Shown here piece by piece: positions 10,615 to 24,859 of a stretch of 64,000 bases of DNA (within the stretch, counting starts at the first letter, position 1; every line of letters starts with the position of its first letter). The stretch covers positions 34,722,001 to 34,786,000 of the forward strand of contig NC_087437.1 in NCBI RefSeq assembly GCF_036321535.1, given 5' to 3'. A model generated the notes under the pieces. It was not told the origin of the DNA, made no database searches, and saw nothing but the letters and a program-made list of their open reading frames with translations. The translations under genes and the position numbers were made by a program. The DNA comes from Camelus dromedarius (Eukaryota).

Positions 10615-13119
10615 CAGGTGTTATCTGTGATAGTGCCTGGTCATGTGATTTGCAGAGAAGGATGTGGTTATCATGTGGCTAGGCTGTGGTATGCCATCCA
10701 TCTAAGCAAGTGGCTAGAAATCTATAAGCCAGAGTTCAGAAGCGAGGCTTAAAGATGCTAATATGATTCTATGCAGGTGAGCAATCCACTCTTTGTTAGA
10801 ATTTGTTCGTTTTAGAAGGTAGGCAACTGGGTCTTAGGAAGAGCCTGAATGTTTATTGAGCCCTGTTCTCATTCAGCCCTCGTTATTCCTATGGAGGAGC
10901 AAGTGAGTGGCCGGAGCATTTAGGAAAACAAGCATATTGATGCAAATAGGTGCACATATTATTTAGATGGTATATTTTCAATGTGCCTAATAAAGTCATG
11001 CTAGAAGATAGTGTGGTATGGTGGAAAGACGGTAATGGTACGGTATGGGTTTTGAAAAGTCAGAGGCCTGAATTTAAATCTCAGCTTTATCTAGGCAAAA
11101 GCAGTAATCCTCCTGGGGCACAGTACTTTAAAAAATTTTTTTTTTAAAATAAATAAATTCAGAGTTTTGGTTAAGAAAAAGCATAATTAAAAAATACTTT
11201 TTAATTAAAAAAAACTCACTACTCATACCACTGATACGGTTGTACAGGCCTTTTGGAGGTAGAACACGGACTTTCTTAAAAAGAATGGTTAAGTTCCCTC
11301 ATGGATTAATCGTAAAATTCCTAGTTTTTCCGGTAAGCCCAAACAGGTGAAACTGGGAAAAACAGTGCTGGCAGGCTGGTTTGGCTGCATCATTAAAGCA
11401 AGCCCTGGAGATAACTCAACACTTTTGTGTGAAATATGCAAAGCGGATCAGGGTGCTGCTCAAAAGCTAATCCAGGAGTAGTAGAAACACTGGTAATTTC
11501 TGCACAAACACTAATTTCTCTATCAAGAAAAGATGAAAATTATATGTGGGACACATTTAAATAAGACTTGATGAAAAATGTTCATGTTATTGATACATTC
11601 TAACATACAGTACATTCTAATACATGCTTTGTGGATTCACTAAGGTGACTATTTTCTTGCTGAAAAATGAAGTTCTTTTCATGATTTCAGGACTGTTATT
11701 TCTTTATTTAGCTGTTTAATTGTGCATGGCAATTGATGGATGGAGAATGGTTTTTCACATTAAATTTTGAGTCTTCATATTCAATGATATATTCCCTTTT
11801 CTGCCTTTAGAGATCTTTCATGAGTTTACGTAATACTTAAACTTTAAAAAGATATTTGAGAGACTCTTGGTGTAGAGATTATTGAATGTAATTTAACTTT
11901 AAACAGCCTCTTGTGAAAGAAAGGACCATTGTTTTTGCTGACTTAGAAATGTTATTGTATAATTTCAAGCTTTCAGAGATTCTAATATCTTGCAGTTCAG
12001 CAGCCCCTCTTTGGAAGGCAGAGTGCCTGAGAGAATCCCATTCCCATCTCTAAAATTAGAAATGACATGCCGGGACTACAGGCCTTTTACCAGACATGGT
12101 AATGGTATGCTTTCTCTTTTTGTTAAAACCTGAAGGGAAAAATCAAGCAGTTCATGTTTTACTAGATAAACAGTCTTTCCTGGGACAATACTTCTATCCA
12201 CTTATTTGATTGGAGACTTAGTTGTAACCATGTGTCTCTGATGGATTCTTTACCACTGCCCAGTTTTTGACTGAGGCTTGTTTTTTCCCTAATCAAATCT
12301 ATAAGATCATGCAAATGTTCTTAATTCCTGATTTTGTGTGCAGATAACTATGTTTGTGAACTATACCTTTGGGAAATGCAGGCCAAGTGCCTTTTCACAG
12401 ATTTTTTGAAAATCTTTTCTGAGTGCTCTTTTTGCCACATGTGGAGATCTGCCTTGTGGCTATAAATGGATACTAACTTAGAGTGCGGAGAATTCCTGTT
12501 TGTAGGTGGCCCTTTTAGTATTTGACTACCAATTATCCTGTGTAGGGGAACTGCCTCTTACCTTACATTGGGAAATTGACCTTGGGGAGGAGGTTGAGAC
12601 TGGGCCCAAATGGAGGAAGCAAAGTCCTCTCTGGGGACTGCATGACCTTCTCCTGGCATCTGGGTTTTCCACTCCCTCCTGTCTGGCTGTCCCGCTTGGG
12701 CAGCTGGCTATGTTCCCAGACTACAGAGGATCACTGCCCAGGGCCTAGAGCCCTAGCCCAGCTTGGCAGATCATCTGTGATTTTTGATGACCACCTCTGT
12801 ACTCCAGCTGCATATGTAATTCAGATCTGACTCTAATTTATGTCACCTTGAAACCCTAATAAGTGTGGTCTCTACGTTCATCTTAATATTTACCAGATTG
12901 TTTTTTTTCCTTCCTCCAATTAAAACTGAGAAGATCCTGTATTGAATCTGAAAAACGAAAAAGTAGGGGGCTAATTTCAGAACTGTGGCACCTTGACTAG
13001 CATTACTGTGGGGGAAAGCTTTATACCACTGGACTCATCAGATTGCTGTCTGCAACACTGCAGTTCAATTTCACATTTAAAAATGTACTTGAGTCTAAAC
13101 TGGACACTGCTGCCTTCAC

Positions 13120-13870
13120 CCCTTGAAAATGCTTAAGTAATTTTCCATAATGTAGTAAAAAGTTATGGCCCATACCTGCAGCGCTGTAGGCAGTGTCTGG
13201 CTGGCAGACTTGTTTATTTCTCCTGCTTCATGTTTTAAAACCTGTAAATTTCACATAAGGGCCAGATTCTTGGCATCCCTTGAAAATCTCGAAGATGTGT
13301 CAACATTGAGCCTTTATTCTCACGTTAACTGGAGCTAAGAAGCAACAGCCCCCTCCCCTCCTCCCTGCCTTGGGTTGGGCAGTCTGCCTACAAACTGTTG
13401 CCTCTCACTCAGACTGCTTGGTCCACTTACATGACCAGTTTGGGCCCTCTGGGCACCTGGGAAAACCCCCAGCCTTATTTCCCTCTTTATTCACGTCTAC
13501 CCTCTGCCTCACCTGTAAAGAACAACATACAGTACTCCAAGGAAGGGGCCGCACTCTCCAGCTTCTGGGCCTTTGCACATTCCAGCCCCTCTTCCTGAGA
13601 TGCCTCTCCCCACCTTCTCATGGTGTTGGAGAAGCTGCCCCGACACCACTGCCTCTCTGCCTGGTTGTGTTAGATGCCTGTCTGCCGGGCTCCCTTCACT
13701 GCTCTCTGCCCCTCGGTCACAGCACTTAGCACGCTGTGTGGTAACTGTCGAGTTACATGTCTTTCTCCCCCTTAGACTGCGGGTCTTGAGGGCAGGATCC
13801 GTCCTATACTTCTTCTTTTACTCAGTAACAATTCTTGGCACATGGTAATCTTGTAATACATTATTTTTAA
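13120..13870 (+). mobile_element. L2 3' region interrupted by a DNA transposon
   Basis: Contains gggcctttgcacat...ttagactgcgggtcttgagggcagg...ttggcacatggta. Confidence 0.7.
13235..13470. mobile_element. MER102-like hAT-Charlie element
   Basis: tttcacataagggccagatt...cttgaaaatctcgaagatgtgtcaacattgagcc...ctggagctaag resembles MER102. Confidence 0.65.
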
Positions 13871-13895
13871 TTGATATGTTTAATATTGTCTGAGG

Positions 13896-14075
13896 CAGTG
13901 GTTCTCTGTCTTTGCTGCATATTAGGATCAGTTGGAGAGCTGGATAAAAAAATGCCGATATCCAGGCCTCACCTCAGACCAATTACATCAGAATCTCTGA
14001 GGGTGGGGCCCAGGCAGGAGTAGTTTTTAAAGCTCCTCAGGTGATTTCACTATGCAGCCAAGATTGAGAGAAATG
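13896..14075. mobile_element. MER5A-family MITE
   Basis: Starts cagtggttctc, has the palindromic core cagaatctctgagggtggggcccag, about 180 bp. Confidence 0.9.
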
Positions 14076-16609
14076 GGTCTAACACATGCGACAAGGCTGA
14101 TCTAAAGAAAAGCAATTTGCCATGATTTTCGTTATGGATTAGAACATTTCCTGACAATTTTAGGAACGTCCACCTGCGATGAACATTTTTATTTAACTTT
14201 GGTAGCACATGGGTGTTTAAACAAATGGGAGCCTATCTTCAAAAAAATCAGTTTCTCCTGCAACAGTTAAATAATTCTGCAAGCCATCATGGTGACAAAT
14301 AACTAATCAGCAATGCCATTGCAGTACATTAACAGCTTTTATAATTTTGGGAGTTTATGTTGTGTAACCGTGTGCCATTTTCCACCTTGCTGCGTTTTGA
14401 TTTAAAATTCATGTGGATTATTTTTCAGTTACTCTATAAATTAGCTTAGGCATTTGTTGAGTTTCCAACACCAACTGCTTCTCTTTTCTGCATGTTCTTC
14501 CTTGTTTTATATTGGGGCATCTAGTTGGAAAGTAGACAAAAACAAAACATGAACTTGTGTCCTGTGGAAAACACACTTGAGATAAAAACCATTTTAACTT
14601 GGTGAAAGCTGTCACCAGCTGCATTGTCTAATAATTAAATGACCAGTCCTTAGCTCATAATTAGTTTGGAAAGGGTTCAGGAAAAGAAGAAAGAAATTAG
14701 TGAAAGAACTGAGGAAACATTTATGGATTGGGATGTTTTTATTTTGGAAAAGAGACTGAGGTGAAAAAATTTCTGTATGGACACATTTTTGTGGGTAGCA
14801 ACTTTTGTTTCCACTGAGAATGAAGTAGTAGGCATTTGGTTTAAAGTTAAATGAGTTTTAGAGATTTATGTCTGAAGAGTAATTTCTTGTTTATAAAGAC
14901 TGGTAGTGGTATTAATGGTGTGATTTCTTTCCTAGGAGAGCTTTGTGAAGATCGACTGCTTGTCTGACCAGATAACTTCTTGAGATTTCTTTTATCTCTA
15001 TGATCAAAAAAATCTCTTCCAATTAATCTTTTGTATCTGAAGCAAATGATCTTTTTCAGACTGCCGACAAAGCTGATTTATCTAGATTGAATCCAGCAGT
15101 AGTACCTCACTGGCATAGGATTTTAGCTGTTCTAAACATTTTCTTCTTGTTCAACTCTGCTCCCACTTTGGCCTAACTCAGGCTAGAAGAGAGGGACCTG
15201 GCGGTTCCCTTTCTCTTCCCTGGGATTCTCCTCTCCTTGTGGGAGGAGTCAGAGGGGTGCTGGGCTTCTGGAGAGATGCAGAAATCTGTTAAGAAGATAG
15301 AGTCAGGTAAGTGGGGCTGCCTGAGGAGCTTTGACCTCGACTTCCAGCCCCACCCTTGACCCTGGCTGGCTTAGTCCCAGGCCAGCAGCAGTGGCATCAC
15401 TTGACCTGGATGGAGAGGCAGCCAGCCCAGAGAGGCCAGACCTGAAGCTCTGCACAGCCTGGCTGTCACCTTCAGGTACCTGAGGACACTTGGGTGTAAT
15501 TATGTGCCTTGAGACAGTGGCTTCCATCACAGAGCAGAGGAGGGGGCTGATGAATCATCTGGTCAGCCTAGTGCACTCAGCTGGATCTCTCGTCAGTCAT
15601 AGCCCAGTGAATCAGGGCTTGAATTTTGAATTCCTGTCCCCCTCCTCTGCCGTGTTTGTCCAGTAGCTTCTTTCTGGGGAGAAGACGGGGGTCCCCAGGA
15701 GGGGGGCATTGTACCTTCCTGGACACCTTTCCTTCTGTTTGCTGCCCCGGCTGCCAGTTTCCTTGCCTTCCACCTCACACGATCCAGGACTGGCTTCATC
15801 TGTTTGGTTGGATGATGTGGTAAGAAGTGTGGCAGTGGCCCGCGAAGGGTGAGAGTGCTGGAGGCTGGGGCAGGGGAGGGGTGCCAGCTGCTAAGGCTGG
15901 CGTGCCTGGCACCAGTGTTCTCTCTGAATCTGCTCCTGAGCCCCAGCTCTGCCAGCACGGGGCTGGTGTTTGGAAATAGAAATTCTGATTTAATCCTGGC
16001 AAAATATGTTTTTTCCCTCTCCTTGAGTTTGCTTAGATTATTATCCTGTTCTTTTTATTGTGGAGAGCTGGCCTTCTGGGAAGGTCATTGAGGGAAGACA
16101 TGGAAAGGAAAGTTGGTTTTATTTGCTGTGGTCCTGAGGTTAAAAATGCCAGTCCTGTCTCATAAGCCCTGCCCTACTCCCTTTTCCTCCCCACGGTGAG
16201 TTTCTCCCCTAAAGGCTCAACTCTAGTTCCTGGACCAATCTGGAGCCAAGGCAGTATTTAAACAGCTTCAGACTCTCAGTCAGGAGGGTCCAGGTTACTT
16301 GGACTCCCGTGATGCCAACTGTGTCCCAGGTCTCCCCACTTCCTGCTTGGTGCCCTGGTTTCTAGCTTCGTGTTGACAGTACTGGCCTTGGGAACTGACT
16401 TCGGGAAGATCATTAGTGCCAAGTATGACATCATTTACAACTGTAGCCCTTGCGTCCCAGCTCGCTCTTGCCACCTCTCCCATGGGATGGTAGAGCCCTG
16501 GCCTGAGCCTGGAGCCCTGCTGCTTACCAGTACCACCTGCCTGTGTAACTCCTGAGTGTTGTCTATTCCATGCTCTGTTTCGTTATTTTATTCTAGGAGA
16601 TGAAGCCTG

Positions 16610-16810
16610 ATGAAATGAAAGGGTGGGTTGGATCCCAGACAGATCCAGTTCAAATGCCTGGCCTGGTACTTCTTACCTGTGTGATCCTGGGAATGTTTCT
16701 CCAAGTCTCAGTTCTTCATTGGTAAAATAAGGGTGCTGTTTCCTCTCTTCCAAGCTAATGATGATTGTATGATACACTGTGTGTAAAATGCCTAGCACAC
16801 GTCTAAGCCC
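16610..16810 (+). mobile_element. MIR
   Basis: Contains agttcaaatgcctgg...ctgtgtgatcctggg...ctcagttcttcattggtaaaat. Confidence 0.75.
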
Positions 16811-18111
16811 TTAGGTGCCGGATGTCCTCATGACTGAGGTTGCCATGCCCTTTGTACACAAAGAAGCACTTTCCTTGTTTGACTGCACCTTGTAACTGGC
16901 TTTTGAGGTTGGTCACTTTTTTTTTTCCTAGTCTTGTTTTAATCTGTGTTAGTAGGTCTTGGGCCAGGTCTTTTTCCTGACCATCCTGGGTTTCACAAGA
17001 GGGGATTATGCAATGGGACAAAAGAAGCAAAATTCAGGAAGGGAGCTGCTTTTATTGCTCTCACTCCTGCCCTAATTTGCTAGCTGCTTCTGTAATTAAA
17101 ATCAGCCTGTATATATTTACCTGTAAGATGGGCTGTGTGGTTCCACACGTGGCCTTATGAAATTAAGCACCACCCTTTGGAATCTGGAGACTTCTGGTTT
17201 CCAACTTGTTTAGCTCAGCTGTGAAAATAACATTTGTTGCTATTAAATTGGTCTCTAGTGGCCATCCTCTGTTTCCACTCTGTAGCTACCAAGCAGCTGG
17301 GCATGAATCAGCAGAGTTGAAAATATTTTCACTGGAGACCTGGCACTAAAGTTGTATTGCCAAGACCAAGACAGAGGTCAGCCAGCCGACAACTGACAGG
17401 GCACACGGGTAGCGTATGCAAGTGTTCATGTCTAAAGAGAATATTAAGGAGGTAATAAATGGTAGATAGATTATTTTTGCTTGCATAGTGGCATCTGAAT
17501 GTCATTTAAAATGCACCTCATTATGGGCTCTCGTGTTGATGAACTGGATCCAGTTTCCAACATCTGTTGGGTTGACTTGGTGATTATTGCAAGTTGCAGG
17601 GAGTGTTCAGAAGCCTGTTTTACAAGTGTCATAAACTGAATGGAAAATATTTTCTATAATTTCACTTAACAGAACCCCAGAGGCCTTTGATCATATTAAA
17701 AGAGCCCATGATCAGCTCAGATCTCCCTACATTTCTGTTCGTTATGTTACGACCCTCTGAAATAGTCAGTTTTATTTAGACTGCAGAAAGCATTGGTTTT
17801 CAGTGACAGATTAATGCTAAAGTTGGAATATGCAAAGGCCTAGAAATAGAATGAGTCAGTAAATGAAATAAATGCTACAGCTTCTAAAACTATTCTGATG
17901 CAGGAGTCTAGGTAAGGGGCCACTGTTCCGTACACTTTACTTCATAATGGGATGTATGTGCAGGGACTAGATTGAATGCTGATTATCTAGCCCCCGTTTT
18001 TCTCCCCATTCTGAAATGAAAAGCATCTTGGTAAATCCGGAGATTGAGTCAGAGATAACACTTCTCATCCATCACAATCACTGAGCTTTGCTTGGACCAT
18101 GTCTTCTAATT

Positions 18112-18299
18112 GAGGGGTTGGCAAACTGTGGCCTATGGCCAGTTTTTGTACAGCCTCATGAGCTGGGAATTTTTTTTTAAAAATATTTTTGAAGGGTTGT
18201 AAGAGAAAGCAAAAATGAGTATTCAACAGAAACTTTACATGGCTTGCAAAACCTAAAATATTTCACTGGCTTTTGACAGAAAAAGTTTGCCAACTCCAG
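18112..18299 (+). mobile_element. MER58-family hAT MITE
   Basis: Terminal inverted repeats ggggttggcaaact / agtttgccaactcc and the internal motif aaacctaaaatattt. Confidence 0.88.
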
Positions 18300-18379
18300 T
18301 TTTAACATACTATGAAAAAGATCTTTCTCTTTATGAGTTTAAGTTGAATGTCTTAAACTGTGTCCTGGATGAGATCAGC

Positions 18380-18570
18380 ACATTGGAAGAGTGGAAAAGT
18401 CTTGGGCTTCAGAGCTGGGCAGACCTTATTCTGAATCCTGGCCGCGTGACTTTCTACCTGAGAACCTCGGGAGAATTACTTCACTCCTCTAAGCCTCAGC
18501 TTCCTCGGGGTTGTTGTAACTCCATGCCTTGCACTTAGTAGGATCATAGCAAGCAATAATTCGTGACCGT
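18380..18570 (+). mobile_element. MIR
   Basis: Contains tctgaatcctggc...ctctaagcctcagcttcctc. Confidence 0.7.
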
Positions 18571-19819
18571 CTGTAAAGCCTGTGAAGACCTGTAAAAGGA
18601 CTGCAACAGTCCTGTCTGCAGATGGGCAAGTTGGACGTGCCACACACTTGGCATGGCACTGGGTGGGTGTCACCTTATCCCTCCCATCCCAAAGCAGCTT
18701 CCCTTAGACTGTGGAATTGCTGTTGTCCCTGCTAAGCTGGCCCCTGCTTCAGACCTTGAGGAGGGCACTTTTCTCTCAGCTCGCTGCTTTGGTGCCTTCC
18801 TTGCCCTTCAGCTGCCCAAAGATGTTCATGTCTTTGAGCTTAAGCATCTGGCACTTACCCAAATACATGTGAACATTTGAGCCGTTGATGGTGATTTGTT
18901 GCCAAGAACTGTTCTTCCTTCTTTCTCTGCTCCTGCTTTTCCTTAAGCACGGTTTGTGTGCATTAATTGGGTCAAAAAGAAGAATTCGATCCTTGACTGT
19001 CACTTTCCTAAGTATTAATTGTTATTTCCAGGTGACTTCAGGCAAAGGATTTAAACTGCTGTTCCTTTTTCTTTTTTCATAAAATGAAATAGATAACATT
19101 TTTGCTTTATACCAAGAAGACTCAAAAGCATTGCATTCTGGCATGAGTACGCCTGGGTACCTTTCAGTGGAGGCTGAAGTTACAGGTGTGCTTTTAGAAA
19201 AAGTCTTTTTAAAAAATGCTTGTTGTTTTGAAATAATTGGGGCTGAGGGGTTCTCTGATTGTGTAGTTCTGCACTGCTTGATTTTCCAAGATCAATTCTG
19301 ATAGAATTATTCCTTTGGAGCCCTGCACTCAATCTATGAGATTCTGAGAGATGTAACAAGAGGGTGTGCAAAGTTCAGACTGTTTTCCTTTCCCTGGAAG
19401 GGTGGGGCTGCTGGGCAGCCTGGCCTTAGAGGAGTGCTTAGTGTGTGACATCAGGGATGGAGTGGCTGGCCAGAATTTCTAACATGCTAATTACAGGTAG
19501 TAAATGCTAAATTAGGATTCTGCACCCCTAGCGCATGGCTGTATTTGGCAGGAAGTAAAGAAACCCAAATGTGAGAAAGTCCCTGTCAACCTTACAAGAA
19601 AGGATATGATATTTATAATGCCTTTTATTTATGTAGCATTTTTTTCTTCAAGGATAAAATGACTTTATTAAGATGTTACTTAAATATTCTTTAAGGATAT
19701 TCCTTTTGTCCTTTTATGTAGTATTTATAAATCACATTCTATTGTTGTTTAAGGGCCAGATGGCAACTTTTTTCTGGAATGGCTTGAGAAACCCAAGTTT
19801 TCTGGATCTCAAAATCTGT

Positions 19820-19900
19820 TTCATGTACTTAATGCCACTAAACTGTACACTTAGAAATGGTTGAGAACACATTTCTTATGTGTATCATACCATAATCTTA
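19820..19900 (+). mobile_element. Short L1M 3' terminal fragment
   Basis: Contains tacttaatgccactaaactgtacacttagaaatggtt. Confidence 0.7.
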
Positions 19901-20809
19901 CAAGTCTATTTTTTTAAATTGCCAGAATTCAGTTTTAAAGACATTATTAAATAGAAGTTCTGTCTTGGTAGTTTTAATTTTCTTCTTTGGCTTTTTTATA
20001 TTTCTAAGTTATTGTTGCCTTGTTTTTTTTTAACGATAAATAGGCATTACCTTTATAATCAGATAAAACCAATTTTTTTAGTACCATTCTACAAACACTA
20101 ACAGTACTCCTTAACCCCTCACATTTCTGTAGTAAGTTTAACCCATTGGTTTAGCTTCCTGTGTGCATTTAAGCCACACATTTTTATTTTTAAATTCAAA
20201 AATACTACTTTCTAATAATCCTTGCCTTAGAGATTCAGAGTGAAGGGAATGAGTTTTACTCAGTGGAACAATCTGCACACATCACACAGCTACTTTATTC
20301 TAGAAAGCTATAATTTTTGACAACTTGCCATACAGATCTCCACATCTGAAACAAACAAAGTGGGGCAATGGTACAGTTTATACATTTGGGAAACGGTTTA
20401 GAGATACATAGAAAAGCAAAGATTTTTTATTCTCAAGGATTTTTTGTCTTTTTAAAACTTCAACTGGCAAGATATAGTAACTGGCTTGGACCGAAAGAGA
20501 GTTAAAATAAGGAAATCTTTGGAAGGAGGTTGGGCGGGGATGAGAAGTAAGCTCCCAGTCTTCCACTCTTCTAGGAAGGTGCCTCTCTTCTCCCACCCAT
20601 CATCTCCTTGCCTTCCCTTCCTCCGTAGAGCTGGGTCTTCATGTACGGGCATCTGGGGCGTGGTGGGGTCTGAACAACAGACACTCCCCCAGAGTGGGTT
20701 CACCCTGGAGCACAGGGCAGGGAGGACGAGCTTCAGTGTAAGTGAAGTAGGTCAATGACCAGAGAGGCACCACTCAGAACTTGCCAGTGCTCGCTGTCCT
20801 CTTCCCATT

Positions 20810-21195
20810 TCTGCAGTCACACCTTACCTATCCTTCAGGACCTGGCTCAGGTGTTCCTCCCTGAGGTGATTTCTCATTCTTCTACTCCAGTATAGGGGCT
20901 CTCCACCTCCTCTGAATTCTCCAAGCACAACTTTTTTCAAACCATTTTACAGAATGGCAAATGGGTGTTCGGTGGAAGTAGTCCTGGTCAGTAAAGTCCG
21001 GGAGCCTCTGCGCTGGTACTGCTTCTGAGTCCCAGGTGCTCATTAGCATATTAAAGGTTCTGAGAAACCTGCTAAATCCAGTGTTAAAACCAACCTTTTG
21101 ATGACAGAACCTTTCTCTCCCAGGTACAATGATTAACATTTTGAGGAAGGTCCAAATTGTTCATCATGGGTGCTTAATAAACATTTGTTCAGTGG
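20810..21195 (+). mobile_element. L2 3' fragment with a nested hAT-Charlie (MER112-like) piece at about 20930-21075
   Basis: Ends in the L2 terminus gtgcttaataaacatttgtt and contains cattagcatattaaaggttctgagaa. Confidence 0.55.
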
Positions 21196-22719
21196 CTAAC
21201 TGGCTTGATAACCTCGTGGTATAATATCTGCCATTCTAACATTAGAAATTATTCCTGAGGCCTGTGCAGAGTGCACCAGATTTCTGGGAGATATAATCAA
21301 AGAGAAGGGAAAGGATAAAGAATGCAGAAAAAGACTTTTGCTCAGACAAACCGAACATTTTACATTCTGCCCAGGGCAGGGCATACACTGAATCCTGTGG
21401 TCAAATACTGGAGCAGTGAAAGGTTTGAAATGTTTGGGGCCCTTTTTCCCCTAGGAAGGATGGTGTGTTTAAATTAGATGCCATGCAATGAAAGGAAGAG
21501 AAATCCTAAATGGAAACACTGCTTTTCAGTTACCTGCAATTCATCTTTTCCTCCTCCTCTGCTTTTTGCATTCTCGCAAAAATATGCTGTCTGAATACAG
21601 ATGACCTTCCCTTTTGCTTAGAGCCCCCAATTTTTCCTTCAATGAAAGTAGAGACAGAGGAAGGGAGAAGTTTAAAAATATCTAGATGTCAATAAATTGA
21701 TTCCTCCTTCTTTAGAGTAAAAAGTGTCGGGGGCAGGGAGAAAGAATTGAATGGTGTGTATGGGATATCTGTGAACAAGAGTAATTTCATCTTTGGGTAA
21801 AACCCATAGACTTCAGATTGGGGCTTTAAATGTGTGTGAGTACAGTGAGAATTGTTTGTTGTATTTCATTTCTGTGAAAGACAGAGTATTTTATGAAATG
21901 GGAAATAAAATTCATTTTGCTGTGAAGATGTAAATATGACCTAATGCAATTAAAATGTGAGACTTAAGAAAAGCAGAGAAAGTTTTTTTTTTGGAGGGGG
22001 GGAGCTGGGAGGTCCAACCCCAACTTATTGGAAGCTCTGTAAGGACAAGATATCCTTGGTTTGATGGTGGGGGTAGGGGAGTGGGGTATGGGGGTGAGGG
22101 GATAATATAAAAATGTCCCAAGATTCCTTAATTTTAATTCATTTCCTTTCCATCTGATACTCATCTACTCTGGGGGAAAACCCAGGGCCCTGTCTAGCTT
22201 TTGATGAGATATAGGGGAAAACTACAATGAGAGGAATTATGTTTGTGCTACTTCTGTATTCCTGAATAAATGGGCAGCAGGCCACACTCTCCATACTCAA
22301 TGAGGCCTGCATTGTCAGGTCTGAGAGCTTGTATGGCCTCACTCCTGACTTTATTTTAAAATTTCAGTGAGAACCTTGGGGACACAGTTGTGCCAGAGCT
22401 AAGATCTCCTTCCTTCCACTCTCTGTTCTGTTCCATCTCTTATTATTAACTGTTGATTAAAACAACAATCAATAATATTTTTTGTTCTTAGAGTTACTAG
22501 GGATTAGAAATTCCTGTTGGAGCCATTAGCATAGAGAAGGAGGTGAAAAAGAAATTAAGTACAAAAAAGCAGTAGAAAAGAGGAAAAGTTATGAAGAGAA
22601 AAATAGGAGAGAAAGAAAATGAAAAGGAAGTTGTAGATATGAGTTGAATCTACCAGTTATTTCTTGGTCTTATACCTACATGGATACCTTCAGTCTGTGA
22701 ACTGTGAGGATATATCTGA

Positions 22720-23860
22720 AGCGGAGAGGCTTCCCAACCCTACCACCAAGAGTGGAATATAAAATTATGTGCCAAACTGAGGAGTTTGAGTTGTTGAAAA
22801 TCTTTGGGTAAGCGAATGGCATGATACATTTTAGGCACTGATTGATGTCAGAGGTTGATGGGGAGAATGGATTGGAAGAGGGGCAAGTCTTGTTGAGATG
22901 GGAAGTCATGAAAGCCTGAGCTAGAGCAGTGGTGTTGGTGAGTAAAGAGGAAAAGATGGCTGTGAAGACAGTAATTGCTAAAATAGGGGTGACAGTAATG
23001 GGGTATGTGGATTTTTACATAGGACATACTTCAGATATTCTGTCCTCAAACTAGTGTTATTTGGGAATACCCAATATTTTAATATTAAAGCTATTTTTCT
23101 TTAATTGCTTTACTTTTGTGGTAGCACTTTTCTTTTTTCTTATTTTTGTAGATTGTGTCCTAATTTTGGCTAAGTAAAGATGAAGACATAGAGGCAAAGG
23201 TGTCTCTGGATATCTGTGTTTTGGTAACCGGGAGAGCTGTGGTACCATTGTTGAGGGTAGAAAAGTTGAGAAAGGGAGTTGGATTTGAGGGAGAGAGTTC
23301 AATGGTTTGGCAGAGGGAGTTCAGTTTTAGGCATCATGTATTCAGGTTGAGGAGATAGTTGGCCGGATAAGTATATCTTCTTGGCTATAACTTGGAATAG
23401 ATAGTAGAGATGGGACTCGAGATTTGAGAATCAACTATGTGGAGTTGTTGGCTAAAACCATGGAGTGCAATCTGTTCATCAAGGGATAGTTAGCAGATGG
23501 AAGGAAAAGGAGTATTTAAAGAGAGATGAAATCATAGTATGAGAAAACTAGAATGTACAAGTCAGAATGTACAAGTCAGAAATCATAGTATGAGAAAACT
23601 AGAATGTACAAGTTCAAGGAGGAAAGAGTTTAATAAAAAGAAAAAGTTTAATATTGCCACATGCTGCAAAGATGGCAAAGTGAACTGAGCACACTGGATT
23701 TGGCAAGAAGTTTGGAAATCTCCAAAAGCGATATCAAGCATGACGGAAAGGTTATGGAACAAAGACAAAACTGCAGCTTAAGAATGATTGGTGGTGAAGT
23801 TGAAACCAGCAAAGTTAATAAGAATAGCCCAGGACATGTTTTGTATGAAATTAGTGCCTC
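22720..23860 (-). mobile_element. Degenerate L2
   Basis: Purine-rich antisense L2 motifs (gagttcagttttagg, gagatttgagaatca). Confidence 0.7.
23528..23613. repeat. Perfect 35-bp direct duplication with a templated spacer
   Basis: gaaatcatagtatgagaaaactagaatgtacaagt occurs at 23528-23562 and 23579-23613. Confidence 0.95.
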
Positions 23861-24859
23861 ACACAGATTTCTGGGATAGCATGTTTATTTGAAAACCTTT
23901 GTCTACCCATATAAGCCTTTGCGACATAGTTCTAATAAACTGAAGTGCCTTTGATCCGATGTCCAACTGAGTTATTGAGCTCACTGCCCTATATTTCTGT
24001 CAATTCCTTATCCCATTTAGTAGCATTCCTACTACATCAAAGTGTTGACTATAATAATCAATTGGTAGTTTTTAAACTCTGATAATTATAGCCCACAGAA
24101 AAATGAAACAGTTGTATTATTAAAAATCTGATTCTCCTTGTCTTTCAACTTCATTTGTCTTGTCAGACTGCTTTTCTTTTGCTGTCATTTTATGGTATCT
24201 TCCAATATGTTTTGGGACAAGCAGAAACAAGCCTTTCCCTTTTTTTTTTTTTTTGACTTGTGCACAGTTCTAACTTCTGTTGCCCTGTCTCTTTTGGTGA
24301 GCTGCCAGAAGTCTTGCCTTGATAGAGTTTGGTGAAAAGTGATAGATATATTTCTGTTTAACTACCTGGTGGCAAAGTTGAACAGCAGCTGAAAAGAAAT
24401 GTACCATAATGTAAACTTCATATCATAACTTAGATAGGTGGTAGCATTGAGTGTAAAATGGTGTCTCTGAGTCTAAGATTCTAAACCAGTCTTTAATAGG
24501 TCTGACCCCAGACAAATTGCTTAGTCTCAGTTGGTCTAAATTTCTTCTTTTAAATTAGAAGAATTTTTTAAAAACTGAGCTTTGTAACATATACTGAGAT
24601 GTGTAGTTTAGTGACATTACATAGCCTCATTTAATATAGCATAAGAAATTGAGTAGTTCAGGTCATAAGAACCACTTGGTGGAGGTAGACTGTAGACTTA
24701 AATTTCTGTTTGGATCCCAGCATTGTTGAAGGCAAGATATTTTGCCTTTCCAAAATTCATTTTCCATTCATTATCATTGTATGTGTAGTAGGGAAGGCCG
24801 TGTTACAGTGATAATGCTGATAGCGGTTAACATTTAATGGACACTTATTTTCCCATGTG

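Noticed and set aside
23528..23613. CRISPR-like repeat-spacer
   Set aside because: Only two copies, the spacer derives from the repeat itself, and the context is mammalian.
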